Source: a virus (taxonomy: Duplodnaviria > Caudoviricetes). Taken from it: DNA of 52,577 nucleotides. The DNA lies in the IMG/VR virus record IMGVR_UViG_3300050139_000048, positions 1 to 52,577 of that record; one strand, given 5' to 3'. Under the pieces are notes generated by a model. That model saw only the letters and a list, made by a program, of their open reading frames with translations. It searched no databases and was not told the DNA's origin. Positions 1 to 9,275 of the stretch are shown in pieces (position 1 is the first letter of the stretch; every line of letters begins with the position of its first letter). The translations under genes were made by a program, and so were the position numbers.

Positions 1-127
1 GGCGTCCCTGTGCTTCAACCCTGCACCCATCAATATTCAACCCGCCCGTGCCGTACTGCTGCACGTTCGCCGCAACAGTCAATCCTTTGGCAAGTGGCTT
101 GCGGGCTAGGATGATCGGCTCCCATGC
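1..127. repeat. Direct terminal overlap, copy 1 (circular assembly)
   Basis: Bases 1-127 are identical to 52451-52577; 127 is a common assembler k-mer size and an ORF reads through the junction. Confidence 0.97.
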
Positions 128-550
128 GGGCTTGAGCGCGGTTCCGCCCCAAGGCCCGTTGTGCGACTTCGGGAACCCGCTGCCATACACCCACATCACC
201 GTGTCCCGGATCTCCCAGCCTGCATCTTCGATTGCCACGGCCAGCCGGTGAAAGGTGCGCGTGCCACCGAACGCCAGCAGGTAGGCTCCGGGCTTGGCAA
301 CGCGCAGGGCCGCAATCCAGACCGCAGGATCGTGGGCTATATCCCCGCCGTCCCACGCCTTACCCATGAAGCCTGTCGTGATCCTCGCGCGTCCATAGGG
401 CGATTCGAGGTTAACCGACGCCTCCCCGGTGCCGCCTTTCTTGCCAGTCGTCAGGTGGTAGGGCGGGTCGGTCACGATGGCGTCAACGCTGCAGGCGTCC
501 ATCGCGGCCATGCCTTCCCGGCAATCCAGATTGATGATGCGGCTACTCAT
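1..550 (-). CDS. DNA N6-adenine/N4-cytosine methyltransferase, 5' part (continues across the circular junction into 51780-52450)
   Basis: Hand translation from ATG at 550 gives MSSRIINLDCREGMAAMDACSVDAIVTDPPY (DPPY motif IV) ... YGSGFPKSHN ... ALKPAWEPIILARKP; same frame as ORF 51780..52532. Confidence 0.9.
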   Translation of the reverse strand, partial: MSSRIINLDCREGMAAMDACSVDAIVTDPPYHLTTGKKGGTGEASVNLESPYGRARITTGFMGKAWDGGDIAHDPAVWIAALRVAKPGAYLLAFGGTRTFHRLAVAIEDAGWEIRDTVMWVYGSGFPKSHNGPWGGTALKPAWEPIILARKPLAKGLTVAANVQQYGTGGLNIDGCRVEAQGR

Positions 551-860
551 AAGCCGCTGATTCCGCTGTGGGAGTCAAGTATATAATTCCCGAAAATTTC
601 AGTGTAGTTATGTCGTATCCGCGCTCGGTCAATTCATCCATAAAGCTTTTATCGAACACATGGCCGTAATATGCTGTTCTCTTCTCATCGCCAACGGCCA
701 GCCGCATCTGCTTTCCGCAGAGCACGCCATAAAGCAAATGTCCGTCGCATTTCGGTACGCCTACGCCGCGACTGAAAACCATATCCGGTATATCGCGCGG
801 CAGCTTCCCCCATTGGGCCTTTAATTCGCCATCCTTGGCTTTAGAGACACGCAAACCCAT
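543..860 (-). CDS. Hypothetical phage protein
   Basis: ORF 543..923; ATG at 860 overlaps the upstream stop (TAATG). Confidence 0.7.
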   Translation of the reverse strand: MGLRVSKAKDGELKAQWGKLPRDIPDMVFSRGVGVPKCDGHLLYGVLCGKQMRLAVGDEKRTAYYGHVFDKSFMDELTERGYDITTLKFSGIIYLTPTAESAAYE

Positions 861-1288
861 TACGGCAACTCCCGCACCGCTATTCCATGGCACGCCATGA
901 GCAACTTCTTGGTACGCGCCCACTCTGGCAACGTCTTGGTATGCTCGGATTTCGTGTCAGCAACAACGCGAATCCAATCCTCGCCGCGGCGTTCCTCAAA
1001 AACAAAATCTGCCCTGTAGATACCGATATGCTCGCCTCCGAACCCAAACAGTGAAAACCGAACTTGCCGGCGCAGATTCCTTATCTGGCCCATCTTCTCG
1101 GACAATCGCAGGCCGCCCCAACAAAGCGCCTCTAGCTTACTGTCGAAAACAATGCCTTCGACCTCAGTCTTGACGCTGCGATACTTCGCTGGCTTTGGCT
1201 CTTTAGGCTTGTCCAGCAAACGCACCGTGCGCCCCTTCACGCCTATGCGGTCGGTGATCGCCTTCAGATCGGCGGCGGTCCAGTTCAT
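860..1288 (-). CDS. DUF1064-family putative PD-(D/E)XK nuclease
   Basis: KYRSVKTEVEGIVFDSKLEA, LRRQVRF, YRADFVF, VADTKS motifs. Confidence 0.85.
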   Translation of the reverse strand: MNWTAADLKAITDRIGVKGRTVRLLDKPKEPKPAKYRSVKTEVEGIVFDSKLEALCWGGLRLSEKMGQIRNLRRQVRFSLFGFGGEHIGIYRADFVFEERRGEDWIRVVADTKSEHTKTLPEWARTKKLLMACHGIAVRELP

Positions 1289-1548
1289 GCGGCCACCTTC
1301 GAATCTTTGCGTCTCTGCCATTCTGCTTTCACTTCTTTCCTTAATCTGTCCGCTGCGATCCGGCCGCGCTGTTTTTCAACGCCGTCCAAGTACGCCCTTC
1401 TCGATTCAGTTGTCGGTTTAGTCAACACGTAACGCGCCTCCGTTTCCGCTCTCCAATCCTCGCAACTACTGCAAACCACTCGACCATCGCGCAACGTCAC
1501 TGGCTTTTCTGCTATAAGTTCACAGCCAAGACATCCGTTTTCTGCCAT
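1285..1548 (-). CDS. Hypothetical Cys-containing phage protein
   Basis: Two CxxC pairs; ATGA-coupled to the next gene. Confidence 0.7.
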   Translation of the reverse strand: MAENGCLGCELIAEKPVTLRDGRVVCSSCEDWRAETEARYVLTKPTTESRRAYLDGVEKQRGRIAADRLRKEVKAEWQRRKDSKVAA

Positions 1549-1714
1549 TTCCGCTCACGTCCCTGCTCTACTATTAATCACTGGGGTGCCTTGTTTGGTT
1601 CTATGTCGGGCCTTTGAACTTCGGTTACGGTTACGGTAATGGTTAAGGTGAAGGTGCATGTTTGGGCTATCCGTGGCGCAATGCGTTTTGCATTGCCCTA
1701 TAGTCATGCGTTCG

Positions 1715-2113
1715 CTATGCGCTGCGTATGCGTTTTGCATTGCGCTGCGTATGCTCTTCGTTATCCGCGCCGCTATGCCAGCGTGCATCAGCCGCCTTTT
1801 TGCCCGCCTTGCTGCTGTGCTCTTGTTGCGTTTTTGCTTTCGCTAATTCCTTTGAAAGACGGTTCTGGACGTAGCCTCTTTCGTTAGCTGTCCAAAATTC
1901 CATGATGGTTTCGCGCGAGTATTCCCATTCTTCCGGTGCCATACGCGCAAGCCTACAAAGCCTGCTGTCATCAAGCGGAAGGATGCCGTTATTCATCCAC
2001 GCATGCGCGAGCATCAGCATATAAGACCCGTGTTCTGCGTTGCTTAAGTGTGCCGTATCTGCCATGTAGTCGCCTATGTACCAGGGCATCCAGATATCAG
2101 GTTTTTTTGCCAT
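1715..2113 (-). CDS. DUF1376/YdaU-family replication initiator N-terminal domain, apparently interrupted
   Basis: WMPWYIGDYMADTAHLSNAEHGSYMLML and QNRL...AGKKAADARW signatures; stops inside an iteron-like repeat region. Confidence 0.85.
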   Translation of the reverse strand: MAKKPDIWMPWYIGDYMADTAHLSNAEHGSYMLMLAHAWMNNGILPLDDSRLCRLARMAPEEWEYSRETIMEFWTANERGYVQNRLSKELAKAKTQQEHSSKAGKKAADARWHSGADNEEHTQRNAKRIRSA

Positions 2114-2299
2114 GTTAAGCCATCTCAGCGCCGCCCACACTCACACAAGGGTAACGGACCAGGAAGCGCGGATGCGCTAGAAGGAACTTGTGGCAGGGCG
2201 GCGGTGACAAAGCTCAATTTAAATCCTAGTCCGTTACGACTTCTTGCACTGTATTCTCGATAATCTGAAATGTCAAATCAGCAATTTGCTTACGCCCGC

Positions 2300-3247
2300 T
2301 TACGCGATGCTTACTTTGCTTCCACGCAAGAATGTCGCATTGCGCATGATCGCCGCCGCAATCTCCGCATCGACGCGCCGCCGAATATCGCCCTCGCGCG
2401 TCTTTGGGTTGTCTGCCAATAGGAACGCGACGCGCTCCATGCGGTAGTCGCACCAGTCCGTCCCGGCTATCCCGTCCGGCACGGCGACGCCGCAGCCTAT
2501 CGCCGTCGCCGCTTCCGTCGCCGCCTCAATACCTGGGTTGTGCCCGATCTTCTCCGCCGTGCCGTGGTCATTATCCCCGGCGATAACCACCATTCCGCGG
2601 CGGGCAATCTGAACCCGGCCTAGATTGCCGCTGTCAAAAGCCACTAGGACGCGCACCAGTGGCGTTGCGGCGAATATGGCTAGCCCTGTAGCCAAGCCCT
2701 CGCACAATACGGTAACAGACGCCATTCTGCGCTCCACAGCATAGCTCCCGGCCTTGACTGAGGCACCGTGCCAGAATCGTTTATCCCCGTCCGGGCTGAT
2801 CCGCTGCACGCTCATCAGGTTACCATCGAGCAACACCGGCACCACAAGCCATCCGTCAGAATCGATCTTGAGCCCGAAACAGCCGGCCATAGTCAGTCCG
2901 TGACTATCAAGGTACGGATGCCCGTCTCGCAACGGCTTGCAGCCGATATAGAAAGCACGCGCCGCCTGCGTTGCCCGGATTAAATCTCTGCGGGCCTGGG
3001 CCTGCCTGCGCGCGATTGCCGCATGGTCAATCTTTGCCGGGACGTCAGCGCGGTCCGGTCGCCACGTCAGCAGATCGCCACTCTCGAAATTCTGCGCCCA
3101 TCCAACAAGCCCATCAGGCGCGAGCTTATAGCTCCCATTTTTTTTGCGCTCGTGCGTAACCGTCGCGCACCGTCTCCACTTCCCATCCGCAAAAATGTCA
3201 CCGGGTATCAGTCCAGCGTTGCGCACGAAATCAGCGAAGGCGCTCAT
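2300..3247 (-). CDS. TOPRIM-domain DNA primase
   Basis: HPYL, LVVP, LMSVQRI, LCEGLATG, VAFDSGNL, IAGDND and TDWCD motifs. Confidence 0.9.
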   Translation of the reverse strand: MSAFADFVRNAGLIPGDIFADGKWRRCATVTHERKKNGSYKLAPDGLVGWAQNFESGDLLTWRPDRADVPAKIDHAAIARRQAQARRDLIRATQAARAFYIGCKPLRDGHPYLDSHGLTMAGCFGLKIDSDGWLVVPVLLDGNLMSVQRISPDGDKRFWHGASVKAGSYAVERRMASVTVLCEGLATGLAIFAATPLVRVLVAFDSGNLGRVQIARRGMVVIAGDNDHGTAEKIGHNPGIEAATEAATAIGCGVAVPDGIAGTDWCDYRMERVAFLLADNPKTREGDIRRRVDAEIAAAIMRNATFLRGSKVSIA

Positions 3248-4698
3248 TTCCGTTTCGCCCATGCTATCTGCCGCGACTTGATCCAATTCATCATTGCCGG
3301 CGTCGGCGGTAACTCAACATCAACAAGGCCGCGCGGCCAGACGCCGACTCGCTCCTTAAACTTGTGCGCGGCCCATCCTTCTTTGTAATTCCGGTCGCGC
3401 ACGATATAGAGCAACTGGCTCCATATTTCCTGCTTCTGATCTTTCGTCGCCACGGACCCGCCGCTAAGCGCAGTCAATTCCCCTTCCTCGTGTTCGATAA
3501 AGTTTCTGCTCGGATATTGATATCCGCAGTGCGGGCATGTCGGACGCGGTGCGTGAACCTGAAAACACTTTGGGCACTTCATCGGCTCTTTCTCTTTCAG
3601 TTTCTTTTTCTTTTTCTCTTTGTGTTTCCCCGCGTCAAGCTCGCTCGCTCCGTTCTCGAAAAAGTCCTGCATCTCGTTCCAAAATCGAACACAGTTTCCA
3701 GCGTGATCCAAAATAGTGCAGCACTTTTCCGGGTTCTCTGGATCGGACCGTAACCCACGCCCGAGTATCTGAATATGCTCGGCTAAACTCGACTTAAGCG
3801 GGCGCGCCATAATGATGACCTCTACACTCGCAACGTCGAATCCTTTAGACAATGCCGCGACGGATATCAGCCCGCGAATGTATGAATCAGGCTTCCGAAA
3901 CTCGCGCACCATTTCCGCGCGCTCTTCATCGCCGGTGCGATAGGTGTACAGAGCGCACTGAATGCCAGCGGCGAGCATCTGCTTTTGCATTTCCTCGCAG
4001 TGCGCCACATTCACGCCGAAGGCGATGAACTTTTTGTTCTCGCCATGCTTCAGGTATTCCGCGACGATATCACCGATGATCGGCATTGCGCGCTCCGCCG
4101 CAGCATCGTCGGTCCACTCGCCCGCTACGACCTTTGCGCCGCGCATGTCCGGCTCGCTCGCCGCGAAGATGCGAAACGGTGACAGGAACTTTTCCGCAAT
4201 GAGTTTGTTCGTGGTGGTGACCGTGACAACCGCGTCGTAATGCTTGCCCATGCCTTTTGCGAACGGCGTTGCTGTCAGCCCGATTACGATGCAGTCGCGC
4301 TTGTCAATGCGCGCCAGTACCTGTTTTCTTAGAGCGTGACACTCATCGACTATTATCATGTCCGTATCTTCCGGCCATGCTCTGCGCTCAAGCGTCGCCG
4401 CGCTTGCGACTTGGATTTTTTCCCACGGCTTCCAGCGCCAGTGCTGCGCCTGGATTACTCCGTGCGGAATATCGTATTGGTCCAGTACGGCGCTGGTCTG
4501 GTCAATGAGATTGATCCGGTCGGCCACGAAGATTGCTCGACGCCCTTTCTCGTGGCACTGCTTCAACAGATACGCAGCAATGACGGTCTTGCCCGATCCA
4601 GTCGCCGCGCTCAATACCTGATTCTTAATGTTGTCTCGGATGTTATTGCGGAGAAACTCAACAGATTCTGTCTGAAAATCATACAACGTGATATCCAT
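3244..4698 (-). CDS. Superfamily II DEAD/DEAH-like helicase with C-terminal Zn finger
   Basis: ATGSGKT Walker A, DECH, TATP, QILGRGLR, CPKC...CPHC. Confidence 0.95.
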   Translation of the reverse strand: MDITLYDFQTESVEFLRNNIRDNIKNQVLSAATGSGKTVIAAYLLKQCHEKGRRAIFVADRINLIDQTSAVLDQYDIPHGVIQAQHWRWKPWEKIQVASAATLERRAWPEDTDMIIVDECHALRKQVLARIDKRDCIVIGLTATPFAKGMGKHYDAVVTVTTTNKLIAEKFLSPFRIFAASEPDMRGAKVVAGEWTDDAAAERAMPIIGDIVAEYLKHGENKKFIAFGVNVAHCEEMQKQMLAAGIQCALYTYRTGDEERAEMVREFRKPDSYIRGLISVAALSKGFDVASVEVIIMARPLKSSLAEHIQILGRGLRSDPENPEKCCTILDHAGNCVRFWNEMQDFFENGASELDAGKHKEKKKKKLKEKEPMKCPKCFQVHAPRPTCPHCGYQYPSRNFIEHEEGELTALSGGSVATKDQKQEIWSQLLYIVRDRNYKEGWAAHKFKERVGVWPRGLVDVELPPTPAMMNWIKSRQIAWAKRK

Positions 4699-4719
4699 CT
4701 TGACTCCCGGTCAATGCGG

Positions 4720-5607
4720 TTATGAATTGCGAATTGCTTGCAGTATCTCGCCGTCCTTGGTTACTTTCAAAGCTTCGCGTATTTTGCGCAGCAATCCTGT
4801 GCTGTATTTCGCGTGTTTGTCCGCTTCGTTCTTTTGCTTCACGGCCAGCGATAGGCGACCTTCAAGCTGGTCGAATTTTAAGTGCCATTTTGCTACCTCT
4901 TTCGCCAGGTCGTCTTTCTTCAAACTCTCGACAAGGGCTTGCAGTTCGCGCACTTCCTTGTCCGATTCTTCAAGCGCCTTGCCAAGTTCCGCGACAGAAC
5001 AAGAATCGTCGTCAGGTTTCAACGCCGGTTTCTTTTTCTTCGGCTCTGCCTTCGCCTTTTTCGGCTTCGGTTCCTTCGCCTCTTTCAGCGCCTTGGCCTG
5101 CTGCGCCTTCGGTTTCTTGGCGACGGCAGCGGCTTTGTGAACAGGAATATCTCCGTCCCTTACGGCCTCTTTTAATGTATCGGTTCCGTTCGCTTCCACC
5201 ACTTTTGCCTGTTGCACCACTCGCTCGCCCGTGCCGGCTTCCTCGGCCATTTCGGCCACGGTCGCTAAAGGTGCAACCGTTGCACCTTTAGGCTTTCCGT
5301 GCGGCGCATATTCCCTAATTTCAACCACGAGCAACGCTCTTTGCCCTGCCGTCATGTCATGGCGTCGGTGGATATTTTCTGAGATTACGATACTTGCCGG
5401 GTCTTTCCCACGGAATACCGTTGTGCGAGGATTTATACCAGCGATCAAACAGGCTTGATACCTGTTCCACCCATCAAGCACCTTGCCGTCGAATAGCAAG
5501 ATCGAATGCTGTAGCCCATTCGACTTGATATCATCGGCCATTGCGTTTATGGCTTCCGGTGTCATCCGCGAAAACTTTGCTGATAGAGGGTGCTGTTCGT
5601 ATTTCAT
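4720..5607 (-). CDS. ParB-like N-terminal domain protein
   Basis: DDIKSNGLQHSI, VLDGWNRYQAC, SENIHRRH motifs; coiled-coil C-terminus. Confidence 0.8.
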   Translation of the reverse strand: MKYEQHPLSAKFSRMTPEAINAMADDIKSNGLQHSILLFDGKVLDGWNRYQACLIAGINPRTTVFRGKDPASIVISENIHRRHDMTAGQRALLVVEIREYAPHGKPKGATVAPLATVAEMAEEAGTGERVVQQAKVVEANGTDTLKEAVRDGDIPVHKAAAVAKKPKAQQAKALKEAKEPKPKKAKAEPKKKKPALKPDDDSCSVAELGKALEESDKEVRELQALVESLKKDDLAKEVAKWHLKFDQLEGRLSLAVKQKNEADKHAKYSTGLLRKIREALKVTKDGEILQAIRNS

Positions 5608-6099
5608 GCGTAAATCCTCACGGCACCGCCCTGTTCCAAAGGTGAATGTTCCCGAGGTGGGCGCGGCAGGGCCGAGCCTTCAGGGTCTTTGAAAAGGGCG
5701 GTGCTGTCAGAATTCAACGCTGATCCTCATTCGGCCATTCACAGCCAGAAACGTTATTCAATACCCTTTTTCGTCGCTTGTAAAGCCCTCCGCTGCTTAT
5801 CCAGCCTAGCGCAAGCGCTGGAGCAGTGATATTTGTACTGCTGCAGCCGGTCGAAAGTGCGTCCGCAAAGCGCTCAAACAGCCCTAGGCGCGTCGAACAG
5901 GCGGCGGCTTAGGTTGTGCAGGTGGTTCGCTGTTGAGCGGCTGTAGAGGATCATGGGGCGACCTTCGCTTTCGGCATGCGCCACTTCTTATAGACCTCGA
6001 TACCGTAGGGGTGCTTGAGCTTAACTCGTGCCCAACCGTTTGCATCTATGATGGCATCCGTAACCTGCCATCTTTTCCCGACTTTGATTTCTACTCGCA

Positions 6100-6233
6100 T
6101 AGCCGGATTGAATCACAGATTTACCGTGAACATTATCGAATCGGCTTATGGGCATATAAGAATAATGATAAGCAGAATTTATTGGCTTAAGTATTATTCA
6201 GCCATCGTCCCAACCTTGGGGCAGGAGGGCAAA
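6100..6233. promoter_or_regulatory. AT-rich divergent control region between the two transcription units
   Basis: Strand switch point; locally AT-rich with short inverted repeats; GGAGG ribosome-binding site at about 6224. Confidence 0.55.
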
Positions 6234-7358
6234 GTGAAAATAGCAACGAAGAAGAACGCGCCAGCAAAGAAAGTTGCGCCGGTAGTCAATCTGCCGATCA
6301 CCGCTTACAAAGCATTCGGCCCAGATTGGAAATGCCGCAATTTCCAGTACGAGATCGGCAAGACCTACGAACACGAAGGCGACGTGAAGATGTGCGATAG
6401 CGGCTTTCACGCCTGCGCTGTTCCCTTCGATTGCTGGTCGTATTACAGCGGCTCGGCAACATTCGCTCGCGTGTCTCTGTCTGGTGCTTCGCCGGAACGC
6501 CGTGGAGATTCCAAGATTTGCGCCGCAAAGATCACCATAGAAGCGAGCATGAATCTCCCGGAATGGATCAAGGCGCAAGTTGAAGCGGTGCTCGCGCTTT
6601 GCAAATCCGCGAAGGGTGCGCTCTCCAGTGATAAAAAAGAATGCGCAGCGGCAACGGGCTACTCCGGTCACGCAGCGGCAACGGGCAACTACGGTCACGC
6701 AGCGGCAACGGGCAACTACGGTCACGCAGCGGCAACGGGCTACTCCGGTCACGCAGCGGCAACGGGCAACTACGGTCACGCAGCGGCAACGGGCAACTAC
6801 GGTCACGCAGCGGCAACGGGCAACTACGGTCACGCAGCGGCAACGGGCTACTCCGGTCACGCAGCGGCAACGGGCAACTCCGGTCACGCAGCGGCAACGG
6901 GCGACTACGGTCACGCAGCGGCAACGGGCTACTCCGGTCACGCAGCGGCAACGGGCTACTCCGGTCACGCAGCGGCAACGGGCTACTCCGGTCACGCAGC
7001 GGCAACGGGCAACTCCGGTCACGCAGCGGCAACGGGCAACTCCGGTCACGCAGCGGCAACGGGCAACTCCGGTCACGCAGCGGCAACGGGCAACTCCGGT
7101 CACGCAGCGGCAACGGGCGACTCCGGTCACGCAGCGGCAACGGGCAACCACGGTCACGCAGCGGCAACGGGCGACTACGGTGCGGCCTTTGCTGGCTTTA
7201 ACGGCAGAGCCAAAGCAAGCGCATCAGGGTCATTCGCTATCGTCTGGTTCGATGAAAAAGCTAAACGCTCGCGCATCGCTGTTGGCGTTCCCGGCGAAGA
7301 TGGGATCGAGGCAGATAAATGGTATGGCTGCAATGCCGGAAAGCTGGTGCCGGAATGA
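6234..7358 (+). CDS. Phage protein with AYKAF...CRNFQYEIGKTY...GFHAC N-terminal domain (DUF7666-like) and 20 nonapeptide repeats
   Basis: GTG start after GGAGG; repeats GHAAATG(Y/N/D)(S/Y/H); C-terminal GEDGIEADKWY motif. Confidence 0.85.
   Translation: MKIATKKNAPAKKVAPVVNLPITAYKAFGPDWKCRNFQYEIGKTYEHEGDVKMCDSGFHACAVPFDCWSYYSGSATFARVSLSGASPERRGDSKICAAKITIEASMNLPEWIKAQVEAVLALCKSAKGALSSDKKECAAATGYSGHAAATGNYGHAAATGNYGHAAATGYSGHAAATGNYGHAAATGNYGHAAATGNYGHAAATGYSGHAAATGNSGHAAATGDYGHAAATGYSGHAAATGYSGHAAATGYSGHAAATGNSGHAAATGNSGHAAATGNSGHAAATGNSGHAAATGDSGHAAATGNHGHAAATGDYGAAFAGFNGRAKASASGSFAIVWFDEKAKRSRIAVGVPGEDGIEADKWYGCNAGKLVPE
6645..7181 (+). repeat. 27-bp tandem repeat, about 20 copies
   Basis: GCAGCGGCAACGGGC-(T/A/G)AC-(TCC/TAC/CAC)-GGTCAC repeated head to tail. 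Confidence 0.97.
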
Positions 7359-7470
7359 ACAATCACGATTGCGCCCCACTCCACGAAGACCCGCTAGCCG
7401 CCCCGCGCGGCATCGTCAATGGTTTGCTGCTGAGTGTGCCGATCTGGCTGCTGATTCTGTGGATCGCGTC

Positions 7471-7839
7471 ATGAGCAAGCATACGCCGGGTCCGTGGAAA
7501 TATGTCCCGCATGACGGGCGGCAAAATCAAAGGATTGTCGCGCTAGAGGAAATAGTCGGTCCGCGCCAGATAAAACTTGCGACAGTTTTAATTACGGCAT
7601 GGAAGCAGGATCACAGTTCTGCCGTTCCAAACGCCCGCCTGATAGCCGCCGCGCCTGATGGACTTGAAGCCGCCGAGGCTGCTTATCTCGCGCTGCTAGG
7701 CAGGCAAGATATTTGGCGCGTCCACAATCAGCGCGTCTATTGCATGTTGCGTGATTTCATCGCCAACGCAACAGGACGGGAAGCAGAGGATGTGCAGGAC
7801 GATTTCGAGCAACGCGCATTCAAGGCCACACAATCATGA
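7471..7839 (+). CDS. Hypothetical phage protein (HTPGPW...NARLIAAAP type)
   Basis: MSKHTPGPW and NARLIAAAPD are common phage early-gene motifs. Confidence 0.8.
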   Translation: MSKHTPGPWKYVPHDGRQNQRIVALEEIVGPRQIKLATVLITAWKQDHSSAVPNARLIAAAPDGLEAAEAAYLALLGRQDIWRVHNQRVYCMLRDFIANATGREAEDVQDDFEQRAFKATQS

Positions 7840-8085
7840 TTCGCTGCTACTGCCGCCTCCTCCTGCGCCGCGTCCTCGAAGCGCATCCGATTGACCTTGC
7901 CGGGTTCGCGCTGTTCGCGGTGTGGATTTCGCTGCTGGTGAGCAAATGAACGCCCGATATTTCAGCCGCGACCTCAAGAACCTTCCCCCGCCCGGCGATG
8001 AGATTTTTCTGACCGCGCTGGCGAGCTTCGTTGTCGGCGCGGGATTTGCGGTGTTCATGATGATGTACTTGGTGATGGGGGTGGT

Positions 8086-8637
8086 ATGAGTACATTTGTT
8101 GATAACGAGCGGTTCTTCGTCGAGCATTGCTGCAATTGTGGAATGGCGTTCGCAATGACGGATGCGTTTCATGAGAGGAAACTTAAAGACCAAACTTATT
8201 TTTCTTGCCCATCCGGCCATCAGCAACATTACACAGGGCTGACCGAGGAACAAAAACTTCGCAAAGAGGTCGAGCGCAAGCAACAGATGTTAGATGCCGC
8301 CAATGCGCGCGCCGACACTTCCGAGCGCGAGCGCGAACAAATCGCCAAGGCTCACAAGAAGATGCGCGAGCGCGTGATGAATGGCGTTTGCCCATGCTGC
8401 AATCGGACCTTTCAAAATCTGATGATGCACATGCGATCAGAGCATCCAGAATTTCGAGAATTCAAAACACTTTCGACGCTACGGGCCGCATTCGGAATGC
8501 CGCAAGCCGCTGTCGCAAATGAGGCCGGCGTTATCACCGCATACGTTTCTTTGTACGAACGCGAAAAGCCGGTTCCGTCATATGCAAAGAGTCGGCTGGA
8601 TGGATGGGTTGCAAAACACAATAAGGTGACGCCATGA
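8086..8637 (+). CDS. Zn-finger/coiled-coil protein with C-terminal XRE-type HTH
   Basis: CCNC...CPSGH; CPCCNRTFQNLMMHMRSEH; LRAAFGMPQAAVANEAGVITAYVSLYE. Confidence 0.75.
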   Translation: MSTFVDNERFFVEHCCNCGMAFAMTDAFHERKLKDQTYFSCPSGHQQHYTGLTEEQKLRKEVERKQQMLDAANARADTSEREREQIAKAHKKMRERVMNGVCPCCNRTFQNLMMHMRSEHPEFREFKTLSTLRAAFGMPQAAVANEAGVITAYVSLYEREKPVPSYAKSRLDGWVAKHNKVTP

Positions 8638-9275
8638 CCGCCACTTGGCAATCTCGTCACCCGAACGACAACGCGCCAGATCCGGACATTGAACTGGATA
8701 GGCCGCTGATCAACCTGCACTCATGGCATGACTTCCGGGATGTTGCCGGAGACCTCAAACGCGATCCTGGCCGGGAATGGGAGCGCAATCAGCAGCCGGA
8801 AAAGATACCGGGGGTGAAACTATGACCTGCCGCACCTGCAAATGGTTTGACGTTAAACCGCGCAAGGATGGAAAGATCGTCCCGCGCAAGGGTGATCATT
8901 GCCGCTGCACGGTTCCGCTTCCGCCGCCGCCTGTGATGCCGAAAAGCGTGCAAATTAATCCGCGATCAAGTTTTGGTTTAGGCGTCCTCCAATGGCCTGC
9001 TTTCGGCGGCTACATGGATGTAGATGCGGGAGAAGGCTGCACCTTTCACGAACAGCGCGAACCGAATACAGACGGCTATCAGCCGGGGAGGAAGTGATGA
9101 TCTCAATTCTCAACAAGGGATTCCGCTACACGCCCGCCGCATCAACCGATATTCGCAAGACTATACGGCGCGAGCAGAAACGGCTGGCCGAGGAAGCGGC
9201 GAAGCAGAAAGCCGAGAACGAGGCTATCAGCGTTGAGCAATTTGTGAAGGTACACGTTTTGAAGGGGACGACGAA

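Noticed and set aside
1-127. Biological terminal repeat
   Set aside because: Length equals a common k-mer size, it lies inside a gene, and the HNH/P27-type terminase module points to cos ends near 47700
1555-1717. Genome-wide stop codon reassignment
   Set aside because: In-frame stops are confined to this locus; TAA, TAG and TGA all end intact conserved genes elsewhere
6645-7181. CRISPR array
   Set aside because: Repeats are contiguous with no unique spacers, lie in frame in a gene, and no cas genes are present
6198-7470. Long alternative-frame ORFs (RCRCVT, PLPLRDR, QRQRAT, RSRSGNG repeats)
   Set aside because: By-products of the stop-free 27-bp repeat
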